Source: Planctomycetota bacterium (lineage in GTDB: Bacteria > Planctomycetota > UBA8108 > SXIK01). From it: a stretch of 64,000 bases of DNA. Made by a program: the position numbers and the translations under genes. Each line of letters opens with the position of its first letter. Positions within the stretch are counted from its first letter, which is position 1. Shown piece after piece: positions 27,966 through 38,508 of the stretch. Location: positions 7,808,001 through 7,872,000 of the forward strand of contig OZ244999.1 in NCBI GenBank assembly GCA_965223265.1. Direction: 5' to 3'. Below the pieces are notes generated by a model that saw only the letters and a program-made list of their open reading frames with translations, made no database searches and was not told the origin of the DNA.

Positions 27966-29762
27966 ATGTTGATCCAGCTCAAAAACCTCCACAAGTCGTA
28001 CGGTACCCATGTGCTCTTCGATGGCGCAAGCGCGACGTTCTCCAAGGGTCAAAAGATTGGCGTCATCGGCCGCAACGGCGCGGGGAAGTCGACGCTCTGC
28101 CGACTGATCACGGGCGAAGAAGAAGCCGAGTCCGGTGAGCTCACGCGCAGCTCGCAGCTGCGACTAGGATACCTCGAGCAGCGCAGTCCCTACGAGGCGG
28201 GTGAAGAGGTGCTAGCGTTCCTCAAGCGCTCGACGCAGAAAGAGGAGTGGCGCTGCGCCAAAGTCGCGGGGCGATTTCAACTCAAAGGTGAGCTCCTGTC
28301 GCGGCCCGTCGACGCTCTCCCTGGCGGTTTCCAAACGCGCGTCAAGCTTGCGTCGATGCTCATCCGAGAACCCAACTTCCTCCTTCTCGACGAACCGACG
28401 AACTATCTCGACCTCAAGACGCTCTTGCTCCTCGAGCGCTTCCTGCGGGGATTCTCCGGTGGCTACTTGATCGTGTCGCACGACCGGGAGTTTCTGAAAC
28501 GGACTTGTGCGGAAACGCTCGAAGTGGCACGCGGTCGCCTCGAGTCCTTCCCCGGCGACGTGGACGCTTACCTTGCCTTCAAGGCCGAACAAGACGAGCT
28601 CAAGCTACGCTACAACAAGAACGTCGAAGCGAAGAAAAAGCACCTTCAGGAGTTCGTCGACCGCTATCGCGTCCGCGCCGCGACCGCTTCACGGGCGCAG
28701 TCGAAGCTCAAACAGATCGAGCGACTGAAGCAGTTCGATGTCGACATGCCGGAGAGCTCCGTCCGCATCAAACTGCCGCAGGTTGAGCCAAAGAAGGGGA
28801 CGGCGCTCGCGTGTCAAGGCCTAGCGATCGGCTACGCGGAAAAGACTGTTGCGGAAGACATCCATTTTGACATCGAACGCGGCGAGCACGTCGCAGTCGT
28901 CGGCGACAACGGCGAAGGCAAGACGACGTTCCTCCGTACGATCGCGGGCGATCTCGATGGCCGCGGCGGCACCTACAAGTGGGGCTACGGCGTCGAAACT
29001 GCGTACTACGCCCAACACGTTTACTCTGAGCTCAATCCGAAGCTCCAAGTGGTCGAACAATTGGAGCGCGCCGCGGCGCACGACGTCACACGCCAGGAGA
29101 TCCTCGATCTCGCCGGCAGCTTTCTCTTTCAGGGCGACGACGTCCACAAGCCTATTTCTGTGTTGAGCGGCGGCGAGAGGGCCCGCGTTTCGCTTGCCGG
29201 CATCCTGCTCTCAAAGCGCGCCGTGTTACTTCTCGACGAGCCGACGAACCACCTCGATTTCGAGACCGTCGAGGCACTAGCGCAGGCGCTTGAACGCTAT
29301 GCGGGTACCGTTTTCTTCGTCAGCCACGATCGCACCTTTACCGAGCGTGTCGCGACCAACGTCGTCGAGGTCAAAGGCGGGGGCGTTCGGCTTTACCCCG
29401 GCGCCTACGATCTGTACGTGCGCCGGACCGAACAGGACATCGACGCCGACCAAGAGGCTGACGCCGGTGTGACGCGAAGCTCACCGCGGAGCCGAGCGAA
29501 CGACTATACGCGACGCAAGGAGCTACGTGCCCGTGTCTCGAAGCTGAAGAAGAAGGCAGCGCAGGCTGAGAAGCAGGTGGGCGAATATCAGGAAGAGATC
29601 GAAACGCTGAATCAACACTATCTAAAAAACCCGCTCGACGATTCGCGCGAAAAACGCGAACGCCTGCAGACGCTGCGCCGCCTTGTCGAGGACGCCGAAT
29701 CTAATTGGCTGCTTCTTCACGAGGAGTTGGAGACGGCCGAAGCGGAGCTCGGTGAGGTGTGA
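27966..29762 (+). CDS. ABC-F family ATP-binding protein
   Basis: Two NBDs (GRNGAGKST...LDEPTNYLD; GDNGEGKTT...LSGGE...LDEPTNHLD), no TM segments, C-terminal coiled coil. Confidence 0.95.
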   Translation: MLIQLKNLHKSYGTHVLFDGASATFSKGQKIGVIGRNGAGKSTLCRLITGEEEAESGELTRSSQLRLGYLEQRSPYEAGEEVLAFLKRSTQKEEWRCAKVAGRFQLKGELLSRPVDALPGGFQTRVKLASMLIREPNFLLLDEPTNYLDLKTLLLLERFLRGFSGGYLIVSHDREFLKRTCAETLEVARGRLESFPGDVDAYLAFKAEQDELKLRYNKNVEAKKKHLQEFVDRYRVRAATASRAQSKLKQIERLKQFDVDMPESSVRIKLPQVEPKKGTALACQGLAIGYAEKTVAEDIHFDIERGEHVAVVGDNGEGKTTFLRTIAGDLDGRGGTYKWGYGVETAYYAQHVYSELNPKLQVVEQLERAAAHDVTRQEILDLAGSFLFQGDDVHKPISVLSGGERARVSLAGILLSKRAVLLLDEPTNHLDFETVEALAQALERYAGTVFFVSHDRTFTERVATNVVEVKGGGVRLYPGAYDLYVRRTEQDIDADQEADAGVTRSSPRSRANDYTRRKELRARVSKLKKKAAQAEKQVGEYQEEIETLNQHYLKNPLDDSREKRERLQTLRRLVEDAESNWLLLHEELETAEAELGEV

Positions 29763-31576
29763 ACCACGTGCGCGGCGAAAACCCAGAACGCATCGGTGAG
29801 TTCGAGATCGTGCGCGAGCTCGGCCGCGGTGGCATGGGCGTCGTCTATGAGGCTCGGCAGCCGTCGCTCAAGAGGAGCGTCGCGCTCAAGATTTTGACCG
29901 GATTCTCGCTACCACCGAAGGCTGTCGCACGTTTTCAGCGTGAGGCCGAAGCTGCGGCGCGGCTGCGGCACGCTAACATCGTCTCGGTTTACGCGACCGG
30001 CGAGGAAGATGGCGTTCACTACTACGCCATGGAGTTCATCGATGGTCCGTCGCTCGACTCCGTCATCGAGCACCTGCGCCGGACACCCGCCGACAGCCTT
30101 GTCTGGAAGGACTCCGCGGCGAGCGTGGACAAAAGCGCCGATGGGACGAGCGCTCTGGAAACCGATCTCGCGCGCGTCGAGACGGTGCTGCAGCTCTTGC
30201 GCACCGAGATCGGTTCGACGATGCCGGCGGAGTTGCCGCGCTCGGAGAAAGGCGAAAACGAAGACGGTGTCTCGCGCGGCGACACTGGAAAGAATCCGCG
30301 AGATGAGTCGGCGCCACCGCGACATCTCCCATCGGCACGGAGCTACTTCACGGAGGTTGCCGGCGCTTTCGCCGACGTCGCCGAGGCACTGGAGCACGCG
30401 CACCGGCAAGGAGTCATCCATCGCGATGTCAAACCCGCGAACCTGTTGGTCGCCCCCGACGGTCGGCTCTGCCTCAATGACTTCGGGGTCGCTCGCATCC
30501 TCGAAGAACCGAGAATGACGCTCACCGGCGAGATCGTCGGTTCGCCGACTTACATGTCACCAGAACAGGTCGCGGCGGGCCACGCGCCGCTCGATCATCG
30601 CTCCGATATCTATTCGCTCGGCGCCACTCTCTATGAGCTCCTGACGCTCCGCCGCGCCTTCGGCGGCACGCAGTGGGACGAAGTGCTGGCGCAGATCACG
30701 CACACGGAGCCGAAACCGCCGCGGCAGGTGAATCCCAACGTGCCCGTGGACTTGGAGACGATCTGCTTGAAGGCGCTCGCCAAGGAGCCGAAAGCGCGCT
30801 ACCAGAGTGCGCGGGAGATGGCGGATGACCTACGCCGCTATGCCGAGGGAGTGCCGATCGCGGCACGGCGGGCAGGTCCACTCGCGAGGGCTGCGCGATG
30901 GACGCGGCGCCATCGGCCGGTTGCAGGCCTGGCGATCGCTTTGGTCGTCGTGTTGCTCGCGGCCGGATTCCTCCTCTACCGCGCCGAAAAGACGGCACGC
31001 GCGGAGCTCGACCAAGTGATCTCCCAGCTTGAAGGACAAGCGCGCGAAGTGTTCGCCAGGCGTCACGCTATCGTCGCAGCCTGCGGCCTTCGAGAAGGAA
31101 TGGATGTCGCCGACATCGGCGCCGGCACCGGCCTCTTCACGCGCCTCTTTTCGCTTCGGGTCGGATCGAACGGCACCGTCTACGCGGTCGACATCGAGCG
31201 CGTCATGGTCGAGCACATCGAAAGAACCAGCCGCGAACAACGCCTGAGAAACATCGTCGGCGTCGTCTGCACGGCGACGTCCGTCGAGCTCGAGCCGAAC
31301 TCAGTCGACGTGGCGTTCATCTCGGACACCTATCGCTACTTCGAAGAGCCCGAGAAAACCATCGCTTCGCTCGGTCAGGCGCTCCGCAGCGGCGGCAGGT
31401 TGATCATCATCGATCTCCGACCGCAGACCTCGGGTGCATCTGACGACGGCGCGGAAACGCACGACCGCGTCAGCGAAGAGCGTGTCCGCCGCGAGATCGA
31501 GTCGTTCGGCTTTCGCTTCGTCGGAGCGGAAACGGTCTTGGATGAGTCCTATTTCCTGCGCTTTGAGAAGCGATAG
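29759..31576 (+). CDS. Ser/Thr protein kinase fused via a TM helix to a class I SAM-methyltransferase-like domain
   Basis: GRGGMGVVY, HRDVKPAN, DFG, GSPTYMSPE; TM VAGLAIALVVVLLAAGFLLY; VADIGAGTG, VYAVDI, LRSGGRLIIID. Confidence 0.9.
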   Translation: MNHVRGENPERIGEFEIVRELGRGGMGVVYEARQPSLKRSVALKILTGFSLPPKAVARFQREAEAAARLRHANIVSVYATGEEDGVHYYAMEFIDGPSLDSVIEHLRRTPADSLVWKDSAASVDKSADGTSALETDLARVETVLQLLRTEIGSTMPAELPRSEKGENEDGVSRGDTGKNPRDESAPPRHLPSARSYFTEVAGAFADVAEALEHAHRQGVIHRDVKPANLLVAPDGRLCLNDFGVARILEEPRMTLTGEIVGSPTYMSPEQVAAGHAPLDHRSDIYSLGATLYELLTLRRAFGGTQWDEVLAQITHTEPKPPRQVNPNVPVDLETICLKALAKEPKARYQSAREMADDLRRYAEGVPIAARRAGPLARAARWTRRHRPVAGLAIALVVVLLAAGFLLYRAEKTARAELDQVISQLEGQAREVFARRHAIVAACGLREGMDVADIGAGTGLFTRLFSLRVGSNGTVYAVDIERVMVEHIERTSREQRLRNIVGVVCTATSVELEPNSVDVAFISDTYRYFEEPEKTIASLGQALRSGGRLIIIDLRPQTSGASDDGAETHDRVSEERVRREIESFGFRFVGAETVLDESYFLRFEKR

Positions 31577-31598
31577 GGCTAGTCCTGCAAACCCGCCC

Positions 31599-33143
31599 TC
31601 ACGGACACGACCCGTTGCTCGGGCATCCACTCAAGGGCACGCACCGATCACCCAGAATATGCGGCGGCGCACCCACAAAGAGTACGTTCAGCAAATGGAT
31701 GCCATTCGAGATGTCCACAGCATCAGTTTGATCGCCACGGAAATCGAGCAGACGGATGTTCGCCTCAGCGGCGGCGCTTCCATCGCCGCAGGGGAACTCC
31801 GTCGGCGCTCCAGGCACCCCCCCACCGCCAAACAGGATGCTAAAAATACAAATCGCATCCGACACGTCCAGCGTCGCGTCACTGTTACAATCACCCGGCA
31901 GTTGAAAACCGAACTCGTGCACCGATCGTCGTACCAGACCGTGGATAAGGCGTCGGGGCGCGAATGCACTGGACTCCTCGATGACGGCGATATCATGAGG
32001 GTCGGAGCCCTCAATTGCCAGCTCGCCATCGACGAACCGAATTTCTGAACCGTCGATACCGGGGTCGGACACGACCGTATACGTCGCCCGTTGGATGGCG
32101 GATCGACCCGCGGGTAAACTGCTCGAGTCACCCATCAAATCAAGCACCTGAGTAACAACGAAACCACCATCGACAATCCGCTCGATGTCGAAAGGCGTTC
32201 CTCCCGCGAACGTTTCTGTGGCCGTGTCGGTGATGGTCAAATCATCCTCGGCCAAGCTCAAGACGCGTTGATCGTGGGCAATACCAAAAGCCCACCCTTG
32301 TACCGCGATGTCGCCTATGTCCGCATTGACTACGACCGGTACACGCGTTCTACCCAACTCGAAGACCGGGCACTCGAATACGTTCGACCGAGTCGTCTCA
32401 ATCGAGTCCGCGACAAAGAATTCGAAGGAGATCGATAGCTCAACTTCGGCGCATGGTTCGGCTTGACTTACAGAGGGACAAAACTCTTCAAGCAGCTCCG
32501 GTGGGGAGTCGAACCGCCGTCGTAAGAGTGCGTTTCGAAGCTGGGTTGGCTGGCGTGCCTGGCCGTGAACCTGCAGTTCGATTGGAACGAATGAAGCTCC
32601 GTCCGCTGCAAGACCTTCCGAAAAGCGAAGCGAGGTCCCTCCTGTGCCCGCGTCGGCAATCAGACGGTAGCTCACACTGACAAGGGAGTTCCTTCCTGTT
32701 GGCAGCGTCGCAAGACCCGACGTATCCAGGCTGACCGCAACAGTGTAGCCGCCTGGAACGATTTGATGCTGTATAAACGGCGCCGCACCGAGGCTTGTCT
32801 CAGCGTCAGTTCCGTGCAGAGAAGGCTCGCCGTTAAGACGAAGAAACCGAGCTTCGTGCGCGACCCCAAACGACCATCCAGCGATCGCATTCCTTGGCGT
32901 GTCGGCCTGCACCGTTGTGGTAACGAGAGCTTCTGGGGTGAACGAATCGTAAACAAAGAGAGATTCCTCGGCGCGAGTCGGATCAGTGACAACCGAGCTC
33001 GACGCACGGAAAAGGATAGCCAATTCACCTTCGACGCACCGCAAATCGCTCACGCAGAATTCTCGCGTGATCGGGAAGCTCGGACCTGAAAACAGGCTTG
33101 GAAGCCACATAGCCATCAACAGAACAACGCAGAGTAACCGCAC
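31599..33143 (-). CDS. Secreted protein with two cohesin-like repeats and a C-terminal dockerin-like domain
   Basis: Internal duplication IAGWSFGVAHE.../VQGWAFGIAHD...; C-terminal PGDCNSDATLDVSDAI...DAVDISNGIHLLNVLF. Confidence 0.7.
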   Translation of the reverse strand: MRLLCVVLLMAMWLPSLFSGPSFPITREFCVSDLRCVEGELAILFRASSSVVTDPTRAEESLFVYDSFTPEALVTTTVQADTPRNAIAGWSFGVAHEARFLRLNGEPSLHGTDAETSLGAAPFIQHQIVPGGYTVAVSLDTSGLATLPTGRNSLVSVSYRLIADAGTGGTSLRFSEGLAADGASFVPIELQVHGQARQPTQLRNALLRRRFDSPPELLEEFCPSVSQAEPCAEVELSISFEFFVADSIETTRSNVFECPVFELGRTRVPVVVNADIGDIAVQGWAFGIAHDQRVLSLAEDDLTITDTATETFAGGTPFDIERIVDGGFVVTQVLDLMGDSSSLPAGRSAIQRATYTVVSDPGIDGSEIRFVDGELAIEGSDPHDIAVIEESSAFAPRRLIHGLVRRSVHEFGFQLPGDCNSDATLDVSDAICIFSILFGGGGVPGAPTEFPCGDGSAAAEANIRLLDFRGDQTDAVDISNGIHLLNVLFVGAPPHILGDRCVPLSGCPSNGSCP

Positions 33144-33453
33144 AATTCAAGCTCCTGTAAGGACGGCTTAACCGAAACGTCTCGTTCCGCCGAATGCGGT
33201 AAGACGTCATGGAATGAGCGCTCGGCGACGTCGTCAGCTGGAACCACAACTGCGACTGCCCGAGACCCGTCTACCCAAGAGGGCTCTACGGTTTTCGTGA
33301 TACAATTGTTGTGGTCCCACTGTGACCGTGTTGCAAGAAGAAACTGACGCTATCAGGGAATTCTGCAGCCGTATCTCGGAAGCATCGCTGTTTTGGCGAC
33401 TGTTCCGTTCAATGGCTCAACTCTGACGCCGCGTGCGCGTAGAACTACTCCCC

Positions 33454-33891
33454 GTGTCCCAACCTGACCGCGAACTCGTCATTTTTGAAGGCCTCATCAT
33501 CCCGGCGCGCTTTCTCCGCCTGCAGTTTGCGCGCTCCGGTGGGCCCGGGGGCCAGAACGTGAACAAGGTGGAGACGAAGGTTGATCTGAGGCTCGATCTG
33601 AACGGCGCCGCAGAAACCCTGGGGGAGACACGGACCGAGCGGATTCGCGAGAAACTGCAGAACAGACTCGACGCCGACGGCAACCTCCAGGTCGTCGCCA
33701 GCGAACACCGCGAGCGTGCGCGCAACATCGACGCTGCGTTCACGCGCATGGCGCACCTGATCCGCGACGCCCTCCACCAGCCGCCGCCGCGGCGGCCGAC
33801 ACGACCGACGCGCGCGAGCACCGAACGGCGCTTGGAAGAAAAGAAGCGCCGGAGCACGATCAAAAAGTGGAGGTCGCAGCGGGATGAATAG
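33454..33891 (+). CDS. arfB: Alternative ribosome rescue peptidyl-tRNA hydrolase ArfB
   Basis: FARSGGPGGQNVNKVETKV and basic tail RRPTRPTRAS.ERRLEEKKRRS. Confidence 0.93.
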   Translation: MSQPDRELVIFEGLIIPARFLRLQFARSGGPGGQNVNKVETKVDLRLDLNGAAETLGETRTERIREKLQNRLDADGNLQVVASEHRERARNIDAAFTRMAHLIRDALHQPPPRRPTRPTRASTERRLEEKKRRSTIKKWRSQRDE

Positions 33892-34038
33892 TGCGCTCGT
33901 CGGGCGTGCACGGCGCTCGAAAGCTGCCCGGAGCGCTGCGAAGGCGAGTGCCATCGCCGTCGCATGCGCCGCATCATACGGCTAGGATGTCCTCTCGTCC
34001 CATTTCCATTCGAAGAGCCGAACGAGACCCACACTCCC

Positions 34039-34478
34039 TTGAACGCTGCGCAGACTGATCACCTCTGGGCGATCACTTGCTATTTCAACCCAGTAGGCTA
34101 TCGCAGTCGCCTCGCCAACTACCGCGTCTCCGAAAGTTTCTCACGGTGCCGCTCGTTACCGTGGAACTCGCCTACAAACCAGCGTTCGAGCTTGGCGCTG
34201 GCGACGCGGATCGTTTGATCCAACTGCACGGGCGCGACGTCATTTGGCAAAAGGAACGTTTGCTGAACCTGGCACTCGCGGCGCTACCTGAAGAGTGTGA
34301 CAAAGTCGCGTGGTTAGACTCAGACGCGATCCTCAAGCGTGCGGACTGGCCACAGGCCGCGTCACGTTCACTGGGTCGCTTCGGGATCGTTCAGCTCTTT
34401 CATGAACTCTACGATCTCTCTCCGGGTGCATGTCTGAGCGATGTTCACCTCGCGACCCAGACGCCGACGAGTCCCTAG
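34039..34478 (+). pseudogene. Frameshifted, truncated glycosyltransferase-like gene
   Basis: LWAITCYFNP.GY.SRLANYRV continues in another frame as RKFLTVPLVTVEL...WQKERLLNLA...VAWLDSD; a 1-nt deletion near 34129 explains the shift. Confidence 0.7.
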
Positions 34479-34918
34479 CGAGAAACATCCGGGCAGGAGA
34501 TCTCCGGAACACAGCCTTCTACGTCTTTGAACGGGTAGTTACGGACGATCCCGTGACGAAAGATCTTCACCCCGTTGATGCAGCGCTCGAGGTGCTCGTC
34601 GTAGAGTGAACACGCGAGCATGGCAACGCTTGAATTCGCCCGCGAAATCCGCTCGTACAGCGAACGAATCGCATGGGGATAGAGCAGCATGTCTTCGTCG
34701 ACCTGCACGTAGTATGGGGTCTTGCAGTCGTCGAGCATGCGCTGAAACGCGGCGCTCATGGGCGCCACCCGTTCAATGGTCCGAAGGACGAACGTAGAGT
34801 CTTGGTTTCGTAAGTGTTCCACACACTGCGGGTAGGTTGGGGCGCCGACCGAAGTGACGTACACCGTCACCACTTTGGAGAGGTCGTGGCTTGGATCGTT
34901 CGCGGTCATGGCAGTCAT
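34475..34918 (-). pseudogene. Truncated GT-A glycosyltransferase-like gene
   Basis: GAAGGAG RBS; CKTPYYVQVDEDMLLYP (DxD motif); only 147 aa and runs into the opposing fragment. Confidence 0.6.
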
Positions 34919-35331
34919 TCTCCTTCCGTGTCGGTCTTTCGGAAGTCGTCAGCGGCGGTGGATGACGACTGGAGGGGACTGAATCGACTCGAGCGTCGAC
35001 TCGGCGACATCACTATACGCACCGGCGCCCTCAGCGCGCAGCTTGTTCGCAGTGGCTTCGTCGAAGACGCCGAATCTCTCCAGGAGCGCACCGGCCGGGC
35101 GATTCCAGACGCGCACTTTCCACCAGAAGGTCGTGCCCGACGCGTCGAAGGCCTACGAAAACCTGTGAGGGCATGTGTCCGCTCTCGATGTCAAAGAAAT
35201 CTCAATGAAGTGTGAGTGATGGCGTGCGAACGCGTGACGAACAGCTCAACAGAATGAGTGGAGCGGAAGGATTGTACATCGCGGCCGCACGCGCGCAAAA
35301 TGGTCGCTTCGTCCGTTGACAAGTGAAACGC

Positions 35332-36324
35332 ATGCCCGAGCTACCCGACATCACAATCTACGTGCAGGCGCTCGAAGCGCGCGTCGTCGGCGAGCCGCTT
35401 GACAACACTCGCGTCCGCAGCCCGTTTCTCCTCCGCACGTATGATCCACCCCTCGAAGCAGCGCACGGTAGGCGCGTCCTTACTGTCGAGCGAATCGGCA
35501 AACGGATCGTGCTTGGATTCGAGGATGAGCTCTTTGTTGTCCTCCATCTCATGATCGCGGGCCGACTGCGCTGGAAGGAACGACTCGCGAAGGTGCCCCA
35601 AAAAGTCGGTCTCGCTGGGTTCGATTTTCCGCAGGGGACGCTTCTGCTCACCGAGGCGTCGCCGAAGAAACGAGCCTCGCTTCACGTCGTCCGTGGCCGT
35701 GCGGCGCTGGGGGATTTCGATCGCGGCGGCTTAGAAGTGCTCATCGCCGATCTCGAATCGTTCGAGGCGGCGCTGAAGCGGGAGAACCGCACCCTCAAGC
35801 GCGCGCTCACCGACCCGCGTCTCTTCTCCGGCATCGGCAACGCGTACTCCGATGAGATTCTCCACCGCGCGCGCCTCTCACCACTGGCGAGAACGCAGTC
35901 GCTGGACGATGCCGCCGTCACGCGACTGTACGACGCGACACGGTCAACGCTCGACGAGTGGATCGACCGCCTCGGCGCCGAGCTCCGGGACGCGTTCCCC
36001 GACAAAGTCACGGCCTTCCGCGATGGCATGGCGGCTCATGGACGCTACAGCAAGCCGTGTCCAGTTTGCACGACGCCCATTCAGCGCATCGTCTACGCCG
36101 AAAACGAATGTAACTACTGCCCCGAGTGTCAAACGGGCGGCAAGTTGCTGGCGGATCGGGCGCTCTCTCGTCTTCTGCGCGGAGATTGGCCGAAAACTCT
36201 GGAGGAGCTGGAGGAGCTGCGGAGCGCCGATGCGGGGGTGGATGCACCAGAGAAATCGGCGCCGCCCGCAGCATCGCAAACCGCGAAGAGGAAAGCTCAC
36301 TCTGCGCGGCGCAAGAGACGATGA
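35332..36324 (+). CDS. Fpg/Nei family DNA glycosylase
   Basis: N-terminal MPELPDI, HLMIAG, H2[14 protein letters not shown], zinc finger CPVC...CPECQ. Confidence 0.93.
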   Translation: MPELPDITIYVQALEARVVGEPLDNTRVRSPFLLRTYDPPLEAAHGRRVLTVERIGKRIVLGFEDELFVVLHLMIAGRLRWKERLAKVPQKVGLAGFDFPQGTLLLTEASPKKRASLHVVRGRAALGDFDRGGLEVLIADLESFEAALKRENRTLKRALTDPRLFSGIGNAYSDEILHRARLSPLARTQSLDDAAVTRLYDATRSTLDEWIDRLGAELRDAFPDKVTAFRDGMAAHGRYSKPCPVCTTPIQRIVYAENECNYCPECQTGGKLLADRALSRLLRGDWPKTLEELEELRSADAGVDAPEKSAPPAASQTAKRKAHSARRKRR

Positions 36325-36707
36325 AGGAACGCAGCGCGAGCGACGCTTGCATATCATCGCGGCGCTCAATTGGCGAGTCGTGTCGACTGGTCGCACATAG
36401 GCGCGGATGAAGTCTGAGCCGGCGGTGTGACCAGAATCTTCCCTGCATGAAGATTTTCCATACCACGCTCGCACTTGGGCGACGCGATTCCTCGCCCTTT
36501 GTTCTCCGGAATCGCCAACGCGTGACGGCGTCATCGCTCGCAGACTGGATCGCCCAAGCGTCCGTTCCGCCACCGCAGTCCCACCCGGCACGAATCTTGC
36601 TGCTGATCAATCATGTTGGTCAATCATGCTGGTCAATCATCCAGTGCCATGCACGCCCTAAAGGGCACGCGCTGAGCCACCCCAACTCTTCACAACGGAG
36701 ACGGGTC

Positions 36708-38351
36708 ATGACCCTACAGAAAACGTCAATCGTTGGAGCAGGACTCTGCCTCTTACTGCTCGCCTCGAGCGCGGCCGCGCAGGACGCCGCTCCCGACCGC
36801 GTCCTCGTCTCCTTCAAGCCGGGCGCCGCCGCCGAAGCGGTGGTCGCCGCACACGATCAGACCGGCGGCAAGGTTGTCCAGACGCTGGACGCCATCGGTG
36901 TGCAGGTGATCTCAGTTCCTGAAGGCACGGTTGAGCGCGCGATCAAGCTTTACGAGAGCAACCCCAACGTCGTCTACGCCGAGCCCAACCATCGGCGTCT
37001 CCTCTATCGACCGACGACGAACGAAGGTTCGGAGCCCGGACTCGGGATCGCTAACAACTTCGACGAGCAATGGGGACTCCACAACACCGGTCAGGCTTTC
37101 GGCGCGACGGTCGACCCACTCTTCGGCACGCTCACGGCTCCTGCCTACTCCGGCCTTGTCGATGCGGACATCGATGCTGTGGAGGGTTGGACCGTCTCCC
37201 ACGGGAGCGCCGACGTGAAAGTCGCGATCCTCGACAGCGGCGTCTCCTGCGCCCACGTTGACCTCGACTCGAAGTGCGTCGAGCAGCTGAACTTCGTCGA
37301 CGAGCACGGCTCTCCGGTGGACGATCTCGTCGGCCACGGGACGCATGTCGCGGGAATCGCTGCAGCCGAGACGGATAACGGCATCGGCACGGCAGGCGTC
37401 GCCCGCGAAGCTCGCTTCGGCTCCTTCAAAGTGTGCTACGAGGACTACTCGCTCGCGATCCTGGGCATAGTCCTCAGCTTCTGTGAGGACGAAGACATCG
37501 CCGACGCGATCATCTCCGCGACCGACGCGGGCTACGCCGTGATCAACATGAGCCTTGCGGGTCCTGATCCCTCGGCGACGTTACAGAACGCCGTCGACTA
37601 TGCCTGGTCTCAGGGTGTCGTTGTGGTTGCGGGAGCCGGCAACAGCTACACAACCGACAAGCAGTACCCTGCCGCGTTCGACAACGTCATCGCCGTTGGC
37701 GCCACCGACCGCTACGACAACCAGGCGTTCTTCTCCACCTTCAGCACAGACACCGACGACTGGGTATCCGTCGCCGCTCCTGGTGACATCATTCTCTCCG
37801 GCGTCCCAGGAGAACTCTGCGGCGTAGCGCCGAACGACCCGGAAGGCTGCTACGACTGGAAGTCGGGAACGTCGATGGCCACCCCGCACGTCGCCGGCAT
37901 CGCGGCAGTGCTTATCTCGCACCTTCCCACTGCAACCAACGCGGAAATCCGTAGCGTCATCGAGAACAGTGCCGACACGGTTGGAGCCATGGGGCAAAAC
38001 CTGCTGGCGTGGACGGAGCATGGCCGTGTCAACCTGCACAGTGCGCTCACCTACGATGGTGCCCCGGATCCGGACCCAGACCCAGGCGACACGACAGCTC
38101 CCGTGGTCTCCAACGTGCGCGTCACCAAGCCAAACAACGGTCCTCGCTTCGTCGTCCGCTGGGACACCGACGAGCCCGCCACCAGCCTGGTGACATTGAC
38201 GTGCTGCGGCTCGCTGGTCGACGACACGCTGGTAACCGATCACGGCGTCGAGGTACAAGGCAGCAAAAACACGCTGTATGAGTACTTCATCAGCAGTACG
38301 GATGAGGCCGGGAACGAAGCGACGGTTGGACCGCTGTACCACCAAAACTGA
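36708..38351 (+). CDS. Secreted S8 subtilisin/thermitase-like serine protease
   Basis: Signal peptide, propeptide, and catalytic VAILDSG, GHGTHVAG, SGTSMATPHVAG. Confidence 0.95.
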   Translation: MTLQKTSIVGAGLCLLLLASSAAAQDAAPDRVLVSFKPGAAAEAVVAAHDQTGGKVVQTLDAIGVQVISVPEGTVERAIKLYESNPNVVYAEPNHRRLLYRPTTNEGSEPGLGIANNFDEQWGLHNTGQAFGATVDPLFGTLTAPAYSGLVDADIDAVEGWTVSHGSADVKVAILDSGVSCAHVDLDSKCVEQLNFVDEHGSPVDDLVGHGTHVAGIAAAETDNGIGTAGVAREARFGSFKVCYEDYSLAILGIVLSFCEDEDIADAIISATDAGYAVINMSLAGPDPSATLQNAVDYAWSQGVVVVAGAGNSYTTDKQYPAAFDNVIAVGATDRYDNQAFFSTFSTDTDDWVSVAAPGDIILSGVPGELCGVAPNDPEGCYDWKSGTSMATPHVAGIAAVLISHLPTATNAEIRSVIENSADTVGAMGQNLLAWTEHGRVNLHSALTYDGAPDPDPDPGDTTAPVVSNVRVTKPNNGPRFVVRWDTDEPATSLVTLTCCGSLVDDTLVTDHGVEVQGSKNTLYEYFISSTDEAGNEATVGPLYHQN

Positions 38352-38508
38352 CCACGCGCAGCCATCAAGGCGCACGCACTGTTGGTATGTTTTCGTCGCC
38401 GCTGTTTCGGGTTCACCGGATCTCGCACTTGAACTTGCATTCGTTTCGGCGTGAGATGCAGCGCTTTGAACTGCAAGGATAGACTCCATTCGGCGCCGCG
38501 TAGCGACG

